A stretch of DNA of 64,000 nt, taken from NCBI GenBank assembly GCA_963677435.1, contig OY781945.1, positions 1,728,001 through 1,792,000 of the forward strand. Reading direction: 5' to 3'. Of the stretch, positions 1 to 9,664 are shown piece after piece. The number at the start of each line of letters is the position of its first letter. Within the stretch, counting starts at the first letter, position 1. A program made the translations under genes and the position numbers. The DNA comes from an uncultured Aliarcobacter sp. Lineage in GTDB: Bacteria; Campylobacterota; Campylobacteria; Campylobacterales; Arcobacteraceae. The notes under the pieces were generated by a model. It was not told the origin of the DNA. It was given only the letters and a program-made list of their open reading frames with translations, and made no database searches.

Positions 1-2
1 CA

Positions 3-497
3 AGTTTAACATATGTAGCAAATGGATTAATAAGTGGGGATAGCTTAAATGGAAGTTTAAGTACAAATGCAACAGTAAATTCAATAGCTGGAACTTATGA
101 TATAACTCAAGGTGATTTAGCTAATGGTAATTATGTAATAACATTTAATAATGGTGAATTAACAGTTCTTGCAAAAAATACAACACCAACAAATCCAACA
201 ACATCAAATAATATAAATAAAATCATAGGTAATATAGGTAAAACAATAAGTATAGCTCCTCGAAGTGAATCATTTTTTACTGCTCCTACTAATTCAACTC
301 AATCAAATAATCTAGTATCAACACCAATAGATGGACAAGAATTAAAAAAAGTTGATAGTGTAAATCCAAATACAAATAGAGTAACTCTTAATGATAACTC
401 TATGATACAACTAATAAATGGAGGAGTGAAACTACCAAATGGAGTAAATCAAGAATTTTATGGTTTTAATAATAACCAAAGAGGAGAAACAAACTAA
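3..497 (+). CDS. C-terminal part (5'-truncated by window) of TpsA/filamentous haemagglutinin-like exoprotein with MBG-type domain
   Basis: Hand translation: SLTYVANGLISGDSLNGSLSTNATVNSIAGTYDITQGDLANGNYVITFNNGELTV (MBG-2-like) ...INGGVKLPNGVNQEFYGFNNNQRGETN*. Stop TAA 495-497 overlaps the ATG of the TpsB gene. Confidence 0.8.
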   Translation, partial: SLTYVANGLISGDSLNGSLSTNATVNSIAGTYDITQGDLANGNYVITFNNGELTVLAKNTTPTNPTTSNNINKIIGNIGKTISIAPRSESFFTAPTNSTQSNNLVSTPIDGQELKKVDSVNPNTNRVTLNDNSMIQLINGGVKLPNGVNQEFYGFNNNQRGETN

Positions 498-2164
498 TGA
501 GAAATATGAATAAAATACTAACAATTTCACTTCTAACATCAAGTGTACTTTTAGGAGCAACACCAAATATAGGAGATGTAAATAGACAAATCCAAGCTCC
601 AAAAGATTTACCAAAAAAAGTTACTCCTTTGGTAGATATTGATGGTGTAAAAAAGTATAAAGAACCGATGTCTGATGATAAAAGTGGTAAAACAATTTTT
701 GTAAAAGATTTTAAAATAGAAAATGCAATTCATATAAGCGAAACTGAACTAAAAAGTCTAATATCTTCTTTTGTAAATAAAGATTTAACTTTTTCTCAAC
801 TTCAAGAAGTAGCTTCTATTATTACAAAAGAATATAGAAAACAAGGATACTTTGTAGCAAGGGCTTATTTGCCTGTACAAAATATTCAAGAGAATGATAA
901 TTTAATTGTTATTTCTATCATTGAAGGAAATTATGGAGAGTTTAAACTAAAAAATACTTCTTTAGTAAAAGATAGTGTAGTTCAGAATATGTTAGATGAA
1001 GCAAAAAAAGATAATGTAATTGCTACTTCAACTTTAGAAAGAAGTATGCTTCTGATAAATGATACTCCAGGAGTAGCTGTTTCAAAAGCAGAACTTATGC
1101 CAGGAGTTGAAGTTGGAACAAGCGACTTTGATATAGAAACTACTCCTCAAAATAGAGTAGATGGTTATGTGGTTGCTGATAATTATGGAAGTAAATATAC
1201 AGGAAGAAATAGAGTTCAAGCTTTGGTAAATGTAAACTCTCCTTTTAATATAGGTGATAAATTAACAGTTTCTGGTCTTGTAAGTAATGGAGCAGATTTG
1301 AAAAATGGTAAAATTGCTTATTCAGCTCCTTTGGCTTCAAATGGTCTAAGAAGTGAAATGTCTTACTCAAAAACTGATTACTCTTTAACAAAAGATTATA
1401 AATATCTAAACGCAGATGGTGATTCTGAAATTTTTGATTTAGGAGTTTCTTATCCAGTAATAAGAACTCAAAGTGAAAACCTAAACCTATCTTTGAAGTT
1501 TGCTAATAAAGATATGAATGATTATCAAGATAATGATAAAACAGCAGATAAAAATATAAAATCATTTGTAGCTTCTGTGGCTTATTTGAAAGATTATTCT
1601 TTATTAGGTCTAGCTTCTAGATTTGATTCTAATTTTAATCTAACTACTGGAAGATTAAATTCAGATAATTCTAATGTAGATACAGGAAGATATAATAAAA
1701 TAGACTTCTATGTTTCAAATCTTTTATACCTAAATCAAACTTTCTCTTTAAATACAAACCTAATAACTCAAAAAGTATTAGGAAATAAAAACCTAGATGG
1801 TAGTGAAGACTTAAGCTTAGGTGGAGCTTATGGGGTAAAACTTTATCCTGATAGTGAACAAAGTGCAGAAAATGGATATATCTTTAATACAGAATTATTT
1901 GCTCAACTCCCAAATATAAATCAATATTCTCATAAAGTAGGATTGTTCTATGATGTAGGTAATGTATATATGGAAGATTCAAGCCAAGATGCAAACTTTG
2001 ATAGAACAACACTTCAAGATGTAGGAGTAGGGTATTATTCAAACTATAAAGATTTCTTTTTAAGAACACAAATGGCATGGAATTTAAATTCACAAGCAAT
2101 ATCAAGTGAAACAACATCACATGGAAATACAAAACTGTTAATTCAAGCGGGAATGGTATTTTAA
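497..2164 (+). CDS. ShlB/FhaC/HecB-family two-partner secretion transporter (TpsB)
   Basis: Signal peptide, POTRA region (YRKQGYFVARAYLPVQ), DNYGSKYTG, LGGAYGVKLY loop, C-terminal Phe. Confidence 0.92.
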   Translation: MRNMNKILTISLLTSSVLLGATPNIGDVNRQIQAPKDLPKKVTPLVDIDGVKKYKEPMSDDKSGKTIFVKDFKIENAIHISETELKSLISSFVNKDLTFSQLQEVASIITKEYRKQGYFVARAYLPVQNIQENDNLIVISIIEGNYGEFKLKNTSLVKDSVVQNMLDEAKKDNVIATSTLERSMLLINDTPGVAVSKAELMPGVEVGTSDFDIETTPQNRVDGYVVADNYGSKYTGRNRVQALVNVNSPFNIGDKLTVSGLVSNGADLKNGKIAYSAPLASNGLRSEMSYSKTDYSLTKDYKYLNADGDSEIFDLGVSYPVIRTQSENLNLSLKFANKDMNDYQDNDKTADKNIKSFVASVAYLKDYSLLGLASRFDSNFNLTTGRLNSDNSNVDTGRYNKIDFYVSNLLYLNQTFSLNTNLITQKVLGNKNLDGSEDLSLGGAYGVKLYPDSEQSAENGYIFNTELFAQLPNINQYSHKVGLFYDVGNVYMEDSSQDANFDRTTLQDVGVGYYSNYKDFFLRTQMAWNLNSQAISSETTSHGNTKLLIQAGMVF

Positions 2165-2186
2165 GATTTTATAAACAGGAAATAAA

Positions 2187-2205
2187 AAGAGGTATAATAC
2201 CTCTT
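2187..2205. terminator. Likely bidirectional intrinsic terminator
   Basis: AAGAGGTAT-A-ATACCTCTT inverted repeat between convergent genes. Confidence 0.6.
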
Positions 2206-2210
2206 CTTAT

Positions 2211-2825
2211 TTAGATTTTCCAATGTTGTATCTTATTTTCATCTAAATTACTTTTTATTTTTTTAGTTAGTTGTGGAAAAAACTCTAAAAAATCTTTTTC
2301 AAGCTCATCTATATTTTTTACTACACTATCAAAATAACTAAGAGCTGTTTCTCTTTGTTTAAGTCTTGGAGATAATCTTCTATCCATTCTTTCAAAGGAA
2401 GTTTTTAGTTGATCTAAATTGTGATATTTATTTAACAAATCTCGTTCAATCATATTATAAATTGGAATATTTGCATGATTTGGTAAACTTTGCGTTCTTT
2501 GATTTGCTTCATGATAAAAAACTTTTGAAAACTCTTTTATTGGAGTATGACAAAATTCATCCCAATTTTTTGTCAAAAAGTAGTCATATGTCAAGTCAAT
2601 AATAACAGGTTTTAGCAAACCTTTTTCTCTTATTCTTCTTTTGCTACAACTTACGATTTCATGGGAATCTGTATATGAATCTATAATTTTATGGGTAAAC
2701 ATACCTTTTTCCATATCGATACTTGCATCTTCCCATAATCGACCCTTGAGTGGGTCTGCTAGAAAATTTCCTATTTGGAAATCAATTTTTTGCTCAGATA
2801 AGAACACATGTGCTAACCAGTTCAT
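2211..2825 (-). CDS. acpH: Acyl carrier protein phosphodiesterase
   Basis: MNWLAH, GNFLAD.LKG, H..IDSYTDSH and DLTYDYFL motifs. Confidence 0.85.
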   Translation of the reverse strand: MNWLAHVFLSEQKIDFQIGNFLADPLKGRLWEDASIDMEKGMFTHKIIDSYTDSHEIVSCSKRRIREKGLLKPVIIDLTYDYFLTKNWDEFCHTPIKEFSKVFYHEANQRTQSLPNHANIPIYNMIERDLLNKYHNLDQLKTSFERMDRRLSPRLKQRETALSYFDSVVKNIDELEKDFLEFFPQLTKKIKSNLDENKIQHWKI

Positions 2826-2855
2826 TTATTGTCCTATCTTTTTTGCAATTTTTTA

Positions 2856-3083
2856 TTATTTTTTATTTTTTTTCTTTGAAGCTTTTGCTAGTTTTGCATT
2901 CTTTTTTCTTTTTTCTTTTTCTGCTTGAATATTTGCAGCTTTTCTTGCATTTATTACTTGTTCTTTTTTATCATTAGCATCTGGAGCGAATCCTGCTTTT
3001 AGAACATTTCTTTTTTCATTCATTTTTTTTGCTAGTCTATCGCCTTTTGTTGTGTCAACACTTGAATTATTTGCTCTTCCCAT
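2856..3083 (-). CDS. Small, very basic hypothetical protein
   Basis: 75 aa Lys/Arg/Ala-rich ORF with AAGGT RBS-like sequence upstream. Confidence 0.7.
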   Translation of the reverse strand: MGRANNSSVDTTKGDRLAKKMNEKRNVLKAGFAPDANDKKEQVINARKAANIQAEKEKRKKNAKLAKASKKKNKK

Positions 3084-3174
3084 TATTTACCTTATTTTTT
3101 TGATTTCGTATTGTATTGAATTTTCAATAAAGAAGGTATTACGTAGGTTTTGTAAGCGAGAATTGAAAGCCAAA

Positions 3175-3957
3175 TTAGGCTTTTAATTCTCCATCAAGTT
3201 CATATTTATTTAGATAACCTCTTGGGGTTAAAACTTTTCCATTTGAAGTAAGTTTTGCATTTGAGTTACAAATAATTATAAGCGTTGACATTGTAACTTG
3301 TGGATGATTTAAACCTTGATTTATTATATCCTGAGCATTTGTTATTGTAATTTCTTCTTTTTCTGCTCTTCCTACATTTGAAGCAATAATTGCAATTCTA
3401 TCTTCATATCCTTCTAAAGCTGCCATAAAATTCAGATATGGTTGAACTCTTTTTGCTGATTTTGGATTATAAATTCCAATTACAAAGTCACAATCTAAGG
3501 CTGATTTAACTCTTTTATCAATCAAATTTATATCTGTTAATCTATCAGAAAGAGAGATAATTGCAAAATCCTGAGACACAGGCGCTCCAACTTTTGAAGC
3601 AGCTGCTAAAAATGAAGTAATTCCAGGAAGTGAAATAACTTCTATTTCATCCCATAACTGTTTTTCTTCCATTAATTCAACAATCAAAGTTGCCATTCCG
3701 TAAACATTCACATCACCATTTGATAAAATTGCAGTTGTTTTACCTTGTCTTGCATATTCTATTGCTTGGCTACATCTTGCTATTTCGTGTGTCATTCCAG
3801 ATGTAAATAACTCTTTACCTTTTATAAGGCTTCCTAATTCTCTTGCATATTTACTATAAGATACTATTACTTCTGCTTCATTTATTGCATTTATTGCTTC
3901 TGGTGAGATATATCCTAATCCACCAGCTCCTGTTGATACTATGTATAATCTTTTCAT
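3175..3957 (-). CDS. cbiH: Cobalt-precorrin-3B C17-methyltransferase (CbiH/CobJ)
   Basis: GDVNVYGMA, PGITS, GAPVSQDFAIISLSDRL, YNPKS and LTPRGY motifs. Confidence 0.92.
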   Translation of the reverse strand: MKRLYIVSTGAGGLGYISPEAINAINEAEVIVSYSKYARELGSLIKGKELFTSGMTHEIARCSQAIEYARQGKTTAILSNGDVNVYGMATLIVELMEEKQLWDEIEVISLPGITSFLAAASKVGAPVSQDFAIISLSDRLTDINLIDKRVKSALDCDFVIGIYNPKSAKRVQPYLNFMAALEGYEDRIAIIASNVGRAEKEEITITNAQDIINQGLNHPQVTMSTLIIICNSNAKLTSNGKVLTPRGYLNKYELDGELKA

Positions 3958-3959
3958 TT

Positions 3960-4976
3960 TTATATTGCTCCTGCTATTGTAATTTTATTTTCAAATACTT
4001 CTTTTGTTATTATTAATTCTTTATATTTTGATACTAAGATAGATGAAGGTTCACTAACACCTTTTAGCCCAAAAAACTTTGTTGCTTGTGAAGCTGAGAA
4101 ATCTCCTTGAAGGCAATTTATTTGGTTTTCATTAAAAAACTTAATATTAAAGTTGTATTTTTTTGCAAACTCTAAAAGTCCTATTTCATCTGCTTTTGCT
4201 TCAAAAGAAGCAATGTTTTCTATTTGTTCTATTTTTAGTTTATGTTTTTGTAAAAACCATAAAAATGCTTTTTCTATATCTTCAAAACTTGTATTTCTAT
4301 TACATCCAATACCCAAAAAAACTTTTGGTTTAAATGTAAGAAGAGGGCTATCAAAAGGGGTTATATTTACACATAAGTTTGATGATTGCTCTTTTACTAA
4401 TTTTAGATTTTCTTTAATTGGAATTGTTTGAAAGATTGAGTCATAAGTTAGGACTTCAACCTCTTTTTTATTTAATAATGAGTTTGAAATAAGTGCTAAC
4501 TCTTTTAAATTGTGAATTTCTAAGTTATTCTTTTTTGCAAACATTTCAAAAGCTAGTGTATTTGTTTGGTCTGTTGCTGTTGATACAAAATTTTGACAAG
4601 AAGGTATTCTTGAAGCTATTGTGTCGCTTAATTCATTTGCTCCACCTAAGTGACCACTTAGAAGTGGAACGATTTTATCAAGCTTTAGATTTATAACTAT
4701 AACGGCTGGATCGCTTGATTTGTCTTTTAAAAATGGTGCTATTTTTCTAACAACTGCACCAATTGCTAAAATACAAATAATTGCATCATAACCTTCCCAT
4801 GCAGGTGCCATAATATCATCGATTTTGTCATATAAATTTAAATTTTCTAAATTGTGTGTTAAATCTTTTTTTCCAAAAACATCCACATGATAATCATATA
4901 AATAGGGAACTAAGTTACAAGCTGCACTTAAACTTGGTTGGTTTATTGTTACTATTGCTATTTTTAATTTATTCAT
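3960..4976 (-). CDS. cbiG: Cobalt-precorrin-5A hydrolase
   Basis: GAVVRKIAP..KDK..DPAV, LLSGHLGGAN, TATD, GIGC and GVSEP motifs. Confidence 0.92.
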   Translation of the reverse strand: MNKLKIAIVTINQPSLSAACNLVPYLYDYHVDVFGKKDLTHNLENLNLYDKIDDIMAPAWEGYDAIICILAIGAVVRKIAPFLKDKSSDPAVIVINLKLDKIVPLLSGHLGGANELSDTIASRIPSCQNFVSTATDQTNTLAFEMFAKKNNLEIHNLKELALISNSLLNKKEVEVLTYDSIFQTIPIKENLKLVKEQSSNLCVNITPFDSPLLTFKPKVFLGIGCNRNTSFEDIEKAFLWFLQKHKLKIEQIENIASFEAKADEIGLLEFAKKYNFNIKFFNENQINCLQGDFSASQATKFFGLKGVSEPSSILVSKYKELIITKEVFENKITIAGAI

Positions 4977-5716
4977 TTTTTACTCTTCTTTAACTCTTTA
5001 ATTAGGGGTTTAACATATAAGTGTGATTCTTGCGTTTCTTTTTGGTGTAAATAATCTCCAAATAAAATCAAAGCAACACCGTTTATATGGGATACTTGTT
5101 TTTCTATATCATCTATTGTTCCTTTATAAATTTTTTCATCTTCCCATGTTGCTTTTTCCACAACCCAACAAGGTGTATCTTTTGAATAACCTAGTTTATA
5201 AGCTGTATTTTTTAATTTTTTTAATAGCAATATTGATAAATAAAAAGCCAAAGAAGAGTTTTTACAAGCAAGTATATTTTCAAGTTTTTCAGGATTTGGA
5301 GTTTTACCCTCAATTCTTGAAAGAATCAAAGTTTGTGAAACTCCAGGAATTGTGTATTCAATTCCTAAACTTGACGCTGCTCCAAAAGCTGCTGTAATTC
5401 CTGGAATTACTTTATATTCAATATTTTGCTCTTTTAAAAACTCTATTTGTTTTGCTATTGTTGAATAAAGTGAAGGATCGCCCGTATGAACACGAGCTAC
5501 TATTTTATTTTTGTATTTTAATAAAAAATCAAAAATCTCAGGATATTTCATTCCTTGTGAATCTTCAATTATCGCTTCACTTTTACACCAAGATAAAACT
5601 TCTTTTGGCACAAGTGAACCTGTAAATAAAATAGCATCTGCAATTTGTAATATTTTTTGAGCTTTAACAGTAACTAAATCAGGATCTCCAGGACCCGCAC
5701 CAATAAAATAAATCAT
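4973..5716 (-). CDS. cbiF: Cobalt-precorrin-4 C11-methyltransferase (CbiF/CobM)
   Basis: GAGPGDPDLVTVK, GSLV, RVHTGDPSLY and PGVSQTLILSR motifs. Confidence 0.93.
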   Translation of the reverse strand: MIYFIGAGPGDPDLVTVKAQKILQIADAILFTGSLVPKEVLSWCKSEAIIEDSQGMKYPEIFDFLLKYKNKIVARVHTGDPSLYSTIAKQIEFLKEQNIEYKVIPGITAAFGAASSLGIEYTIPGVSQTLILSRIEGKTPNPEKLENILACKNSSLAFYLSILLLKKLKNTAYKLGYSKDTPCWVVEKATWEDEKIYKGTIDDIEKQVSHINGVALILFGDYLHQKETQESHLYVKPLIKELKKSKK

Positions 5717-6876
5717 TTTTTATATACCTTTATTTGAAATAATTGTCGTTCAGGTTCCACTAAATCTAGTTTTCCTTTGTAAGTTGTAAGAGAAATAGAG
5801 TGAGTTTCAAATTCAATATTTGCATCATTTAAAATATTTATCATTTGACTTAAATGTTTTAGAGTAATTGCATTTATTAACATAATTCCATTTTCGCAAA
5901 GTCTTTCATATAAATATGGAAGTTTTTCTATAACTTTTTCTCCACCTCCACCTAGAAAAATTCTTTCTGGATTCTCTTCTAACTTTTCAAAATAATTTTC
6001 CGCATCACCTACTAAAAGTTTGCAATCACACACAAAATGATTTGTTAAATTTTGTTTGATAAATTCAACCCTTGTTTCATCTTTTTCAAAATAGATAGTT
6101 CTTACTTTGTATCTTTTAAAAGCTTCTATTCCACAGCTTCCGCTTCCAGCACCAACATCCCAAAGAAGTTGATTTGGTTCTAAATCAAGGTTTTGCAAAG
6201 TTAGATGTCTTTTATATTTTTTTGTAATCATTCCCCTTTGTGTTTCAAATTCAATATCATCACAAATAGGCTTTTTATGTTCAAAATTTCTTTTGATTAA
6301 TAAAACAAAAGCTTGGTTTAAATCAAATTCTTTTTCATCAAAATCAAAAATATCAATCTCTTGTATTTTTTCATCTTTATATCCAAGCTTATAACCAATG
6401 AAAGTAGTGATTGAGTTTTTATCAAAAAAACTTAAAGCCTCATTTAATCTTTTAATTGAGTTTTTATCGCAAAGCACAAAAGTATATTTTTTATTTAAAA
6501 ACTCTTCTAAATCTATAGTAGTTCTTCCATGAATTGAAATAACACTCACTTCATTTTCACTAATAAATAATTTTTCTAAAAGATAAGTTTTTGATGAGAT
6601 ATTGTTTATTAATTTAACTTCTTCTTTTGGTAATTTATTAGCGATTATTGTTCCTGCTGAGAAAAACAGTGGTGAACCAGTAACCACATATAAAAGTTTT
6701 TCTTTTTTGTAGTTTTCTAAAATATAATCTCGGGCATCTTTGAATTTTAGTTTTAAAATAGTTCTGCCATTTTCTTTAAAATTTGGGTCACAAATGATTT
6801 TGTCAAAATGACAAAAGTTTAATTCTAAATTTGAGAAATCATAATCTCCCATACCATTTCCAGCTATTGTTACCAT
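5713..6876 (-). CDS. cbiET: Fused CbiE/CbiT (CobL-like) C5/C15-methyltransferase
   Basis: N-terminal tetrapyrrole methylase region, then GMITK..R, WDVGAGSGS and IFLGGG. Start moved to ATG 6876, which follows an AAGGAGG RBS. Confidence 0.88.
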   Translation of the reverse strand: MVTIAGNGMGDYDFSNLELNFCHFDKIICDPNFKENGRTILKLKFKDARDYILENYKKEKLLYVVTGSPLFFSAGTIIANKLPKEEVKLINNISSKTYLLEKLFISENEVSVISIHGRTTIDLEEFLNKKYTFVLCDKNSIKRLNEALSFFDKNSITTFIGYKLGYKDEKIQEIDIFDFDEKEFDLNQAFVLLIKRNFEHKKPICDDIEFETQRGMITKKYKRHLTLQNLDLEPNQLLWDVGAGSGSCGIEAFKRYKVRTIYFEKDETRVEFIKQNLTNHFVCDCKLLVGDAENYFEKLEENPERIFLGGGGEKVIEKLPYLYERLCENGIMLINAITLKHLSQMINILNDANIEFETHSISLTTYKGKLDLVEPERQLFQIKVYKK

Positions 6877-7898
6877 CCTGTTACCTCCTTTTCTTCTAAT
6901 ATTAAAGCTTCCACATTTGAAGTTGGAAACCAAGTTTTAATTTGTTCATTTGCTTTTCTTTCAATCATTGAATATAAAGCATTTATAAGTCCCACTCTTT
7001 CCAGTTCTTCTGAAATACCTTTTACAGTTTTTGTGGATTCAATATCCACTTCATAAGCTAATTCATTTTTTATATCTTCTTTTAATTTAACAAAATCAAT
7101 AACACCAAATCTATTATGAGTATTTTTAAAGCCTTGATAAACTTTTGTCATTTTTCCTATTCCACATACAAAAATAATCTTTTTTACTTCTAAATTATTG
7201 GCTATTTCAATAGAATCATAAACAAAATTTGCAACTTCAACAATTTGTCCCTCATCATACTTTTCACTAAAAACTCTAAAAGCAGAGTTTCCTAAAGTAA
7301 AAATCAAAGGTTCTAATTCATTTTGTTTTGCAAATTCTATTTCAGTTTTTACTGAATCAATATATGCTGTACTTGAAACTGGTTTTACAATTCCAGTTGT
7401 TCCTAATATTGAAATTCCACCAATTACACCAACTTTTGCATTTGCTGTTTGTTTGGCTATTTCTTCGCCATTTGTTACCGAAACCGTACAAAAGATATTT
7501 ATATTGTTTAACTCTTTTACTTTTTTTTCAAATATTTTTTGCATATTTTCTAGTGGAACTGGATTTATTGCTGGGAAATCTGGTTTTATTTTTAAACCTT
7601 TTTTTGTCACAACTCCTACTCCAATTCCTGCATAAATTTCCAAAGAATTTGTTTCAATTTGAGTCCTTTGGGGAATTAGTGATAATTTATTAAATTCTAA
7701 ATCATTTTTTTTATCACTAATACTTACAACAATTTCACAACCTTTTGTAACATCCAAGTCATCATTGTCAATTTTATTTATTTTCCCAAATACAAAGTCT
7801 TTTGTAGCAATAAATGCTTCAAGTACACTTGAAAATGCAAAACATGTGTGAACTCCTGTTGTAAGTCCCTTTCTTAATACTTTTTTTTCTTGATTCAT
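6870..7898 (-). CDS. cbiD: Cobalt-precorrin-5B C1-methyltransferase
   Basis: LRKGLTTG, DDLDVT.G, GVGVVTKKGL, AINPVP and GGISILGTTGIVKP motifs. Confidence 0.93.
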   Translation of the reverse strand: MNQEKKVLRKGLTTGVHTCFAFSSVLEAFIATKDFVFGKINKIDNDDLDVTKGCEIVVSISDKKNDLEFNKLSLIPQRTQIETNSLEIYAGIGVGVVTKKGLKIKPDFPAINPVPLENMQKIFEKKVKELNNINIFCTVSVTNGEEIAKQTANAKVGVIGGISILGTTGIVKPVSSTAYIDSVKTEIEFAKQNELEPLIFTLGNSAFRVFSEKYDEGQIVEVANFVYDSIEIANNLEVKKIIFVCGIGKMTKVYQGFKNTHNRFGVIDFVKLKEDIKNELAYEVDIESTKTVKGISEELERVGLINALYSMIERKANEQIKTWFPTSNVEALILEEKEVTGW

Positions 7899-8332
7899 TA
7901 TTTATAAGTTGCTGGTTCACTCATTGGAACTTGCTTAAAATCTAAATCATCAATGTTTTTATTTTCTGACAATGCTGTAAATAATTCAATCCATTTTTCT
8001 TTTGTATATTTATGTATATTTCTAAGCCAAATATTGTTATTTGCTTCATATCCATTTGTTTTTGTATTTTCATAGATATTTGCAACACTTCTAAATCTAC
8101 AAGCTCCAAAACAACCAGTTCTTGATATTTTTATTCTTGTTTCACCATTTGCTAGTTCTATTTCTTTTAAAATATCTCTTAAATCAGCAGCTATATTGTC
8201 ATTTTTATGAGCACCTGCACATCTTTCATCCCCACAAATAAATATATGAGTTTTGAAGTGCATTACTGGTTTATCTGGAACTAATTTCACTGGTTTACAA
8301 GAAAATCCTGATACAACTTCCGAACCCATCAT
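7898..8332 (-). CDS. Thioredoxin-like [2Fe-2S] ferredoxin (CbiW-like)
   Basis: HIFICGDERC...SRTGCFGAC cysteine pattern. Start probably at MMGSE (8332 or 8329). Confidence 0.8.
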   Translation of the reverse strand: MMGSEVVSGFSCKPVKLVPDKPVMHFKTHIFICGDERCAGAHKNDNIAADLRDILKEIELANGETRIKISRTGCFGACRFRSVANIYENTKTNGYEANNNIWLRNIHKYTKEKWIELFTALSENKNIDDLDFKQVPMSEPATYK

Positions 8333-8342
8333 ATTAAATAAT

Positions 8343-9053
8343 CTATTTTCCATTATATTTATCATTCCCATCATAATCTTTGATTAGTTTAAAAATCGCA
8401 TGAAGTGTTGCAACTGCCATTGTTGAGCTTCCAAATCTTCCTTGCATTATAATTCCAGCAACATCAAAAAAATCACAAAACTTTTTCCCATAATTTTTTG
8501 ATTCAACTACATTTACAAATCCAACTGGAAATAAAAGTAGGGCAACTTTCGATAAATCAACCTTTTGTTCAAGTAAGGTATTAATTGCTGCATAAATAAA
8601 AGTAGGGGCATTTCCGCAAGCTAAAATAATTGGGGAATTTTTATGTTTTTTTATAGCTTCAACAACTGCTGCATATGATCTTGTTGTTTTGTTTTTTTCT
8701 GCCATTTCATAAGTAAATTTTTCATTTATATAACATACAACTTCTGTTTCATACTCTTTTAGATAAAAATCGCTAAGTCCCACTTTTATCATGTTTACAT
8801 CAACAATAATTTTTGCTTTGTTTTTTAGTAAATTTTGTATTTTTTCTATTGCATTTGGTGAAAAATAGATATTTTCTAAAACTTCTTCAAAACAAGTTGT
8901 TGTATGAATCAATCTTGATATAACTTCTTTTTGCTCAATTGTAAACTCATTTGATTTTGGATAATTTTTTAACTCTTCCTCAATCATTTCAAATGATCGT
9001 ATTGATATATCTGCACCTATATTTATTGGGGGCTCTTCTATTTTAAATTCCAA
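8343..9053 (-). CDS. cbiC: Precorrin-8X methylmutase (CbiC/CobH)
   Basis: RSFEMI, RLIHTT, DVNM, GNAPT and PVGFVNVVESK motifs. TTG start after AAGGA. Confidence 0.93.
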   Translation of the reverse strand: MEFKIEEPPINIGADISIRSFEMIEEELKNYPKSNEFTIEQKEVISRLIHTTTCFEEVLENIYFSPNAIEKIQNLLKNKAKIIVDVNMIKVGLSDFYLKEYETEVVCYINEKFTYEMAEKNKTTRSYAAVVEAIKKHKNSPIILACGNAPTFIYAAINTLLEQKVDLSKVALLLFPVGFVNVVESKNYGKKFCDFFDVAGIIMQGRFGSSTMAVATLHAIFKLIKDYDGNDKYNGK

Positions 9054-9403
9054 AGTAATCCTTTAATGTATTAATATTTTTTTAAAACATCAAATATAAG
9101 TAAGTTCCATTAAACACTGCACTAAAGACTTTTATTTTCAAGATAAAATCTTATTACGATTTTAAATATAGAGAGATTTTGATTATTAAATGAATTAAAA
9201 TTCATTTTAATTCATAATAAATTTATTCAATTTCATAAAGAAATAACTTTATGAAATTCTAAATATATAATCAGACTCAAATTAAAAGCTTTTAAGCTTT
9301 TCTTGAAATGATGTATAAAGTCCATATTAGAAGTGTTTTTATTTGTTTGGAAGAAATTGCAGATATGCAAATTGCTCTCATGTTACTTCTTTATAAATAA
9401 TTA

Positions 9404-9412
9404 TGTTATAAT
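9404..9412 (+). promoter_or_regulatory. Extended -10 promoter (TGnTATAAT), leaderless geometry
   Basis: TGTTATAAT ends 6 nt before ATG 9419. Confidence 0.55.
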
Positions 9413-9418
9413 TTTTGC

Positions 9419-9577
9419 ATGAAGAATCTACGCGGGTATAATAAACGTTATTTTAAATTGTCAACAATTGCGATGTTCTCGACAATAAATAAATTAACCA
9501 AGATTGAAATTAATATGTTATACCATAGAATTGCTTATGAAAATGCAATTCAATCTCTTGATCCACCCTCAAATTAA
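9419..9577 (+). CDS. Putative leaderless 52-aa upstream ORF before cbiM
   Basis: Hand translation: MKNLRGYNKRYFKLSTIAMFSTINKLTKIEINMLYHRIAYENAIQSLDPPSN*. Confidence 0.5.
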   Translation: MKNLRGYNKRYFKLSTIAMFSTINKLTKIEINMLYHRIAYENAIQSLDPPSN

Positions 9578-9664
9578 TAAATAATTACTTTTTTTAACAA
9601 ATAAAATATATATTAAAAATTATATATATACCATCATTTATACTTAAATAAACAAGGATTACTT

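Noticed and set aside
9054..9664. Expected cobalamin riboswitch between the cbi operons
   Set aside because: No GGGAA...GCCACTG B12-box-like pattern seen on either strand by eye. An Rfam scan would be decisive.
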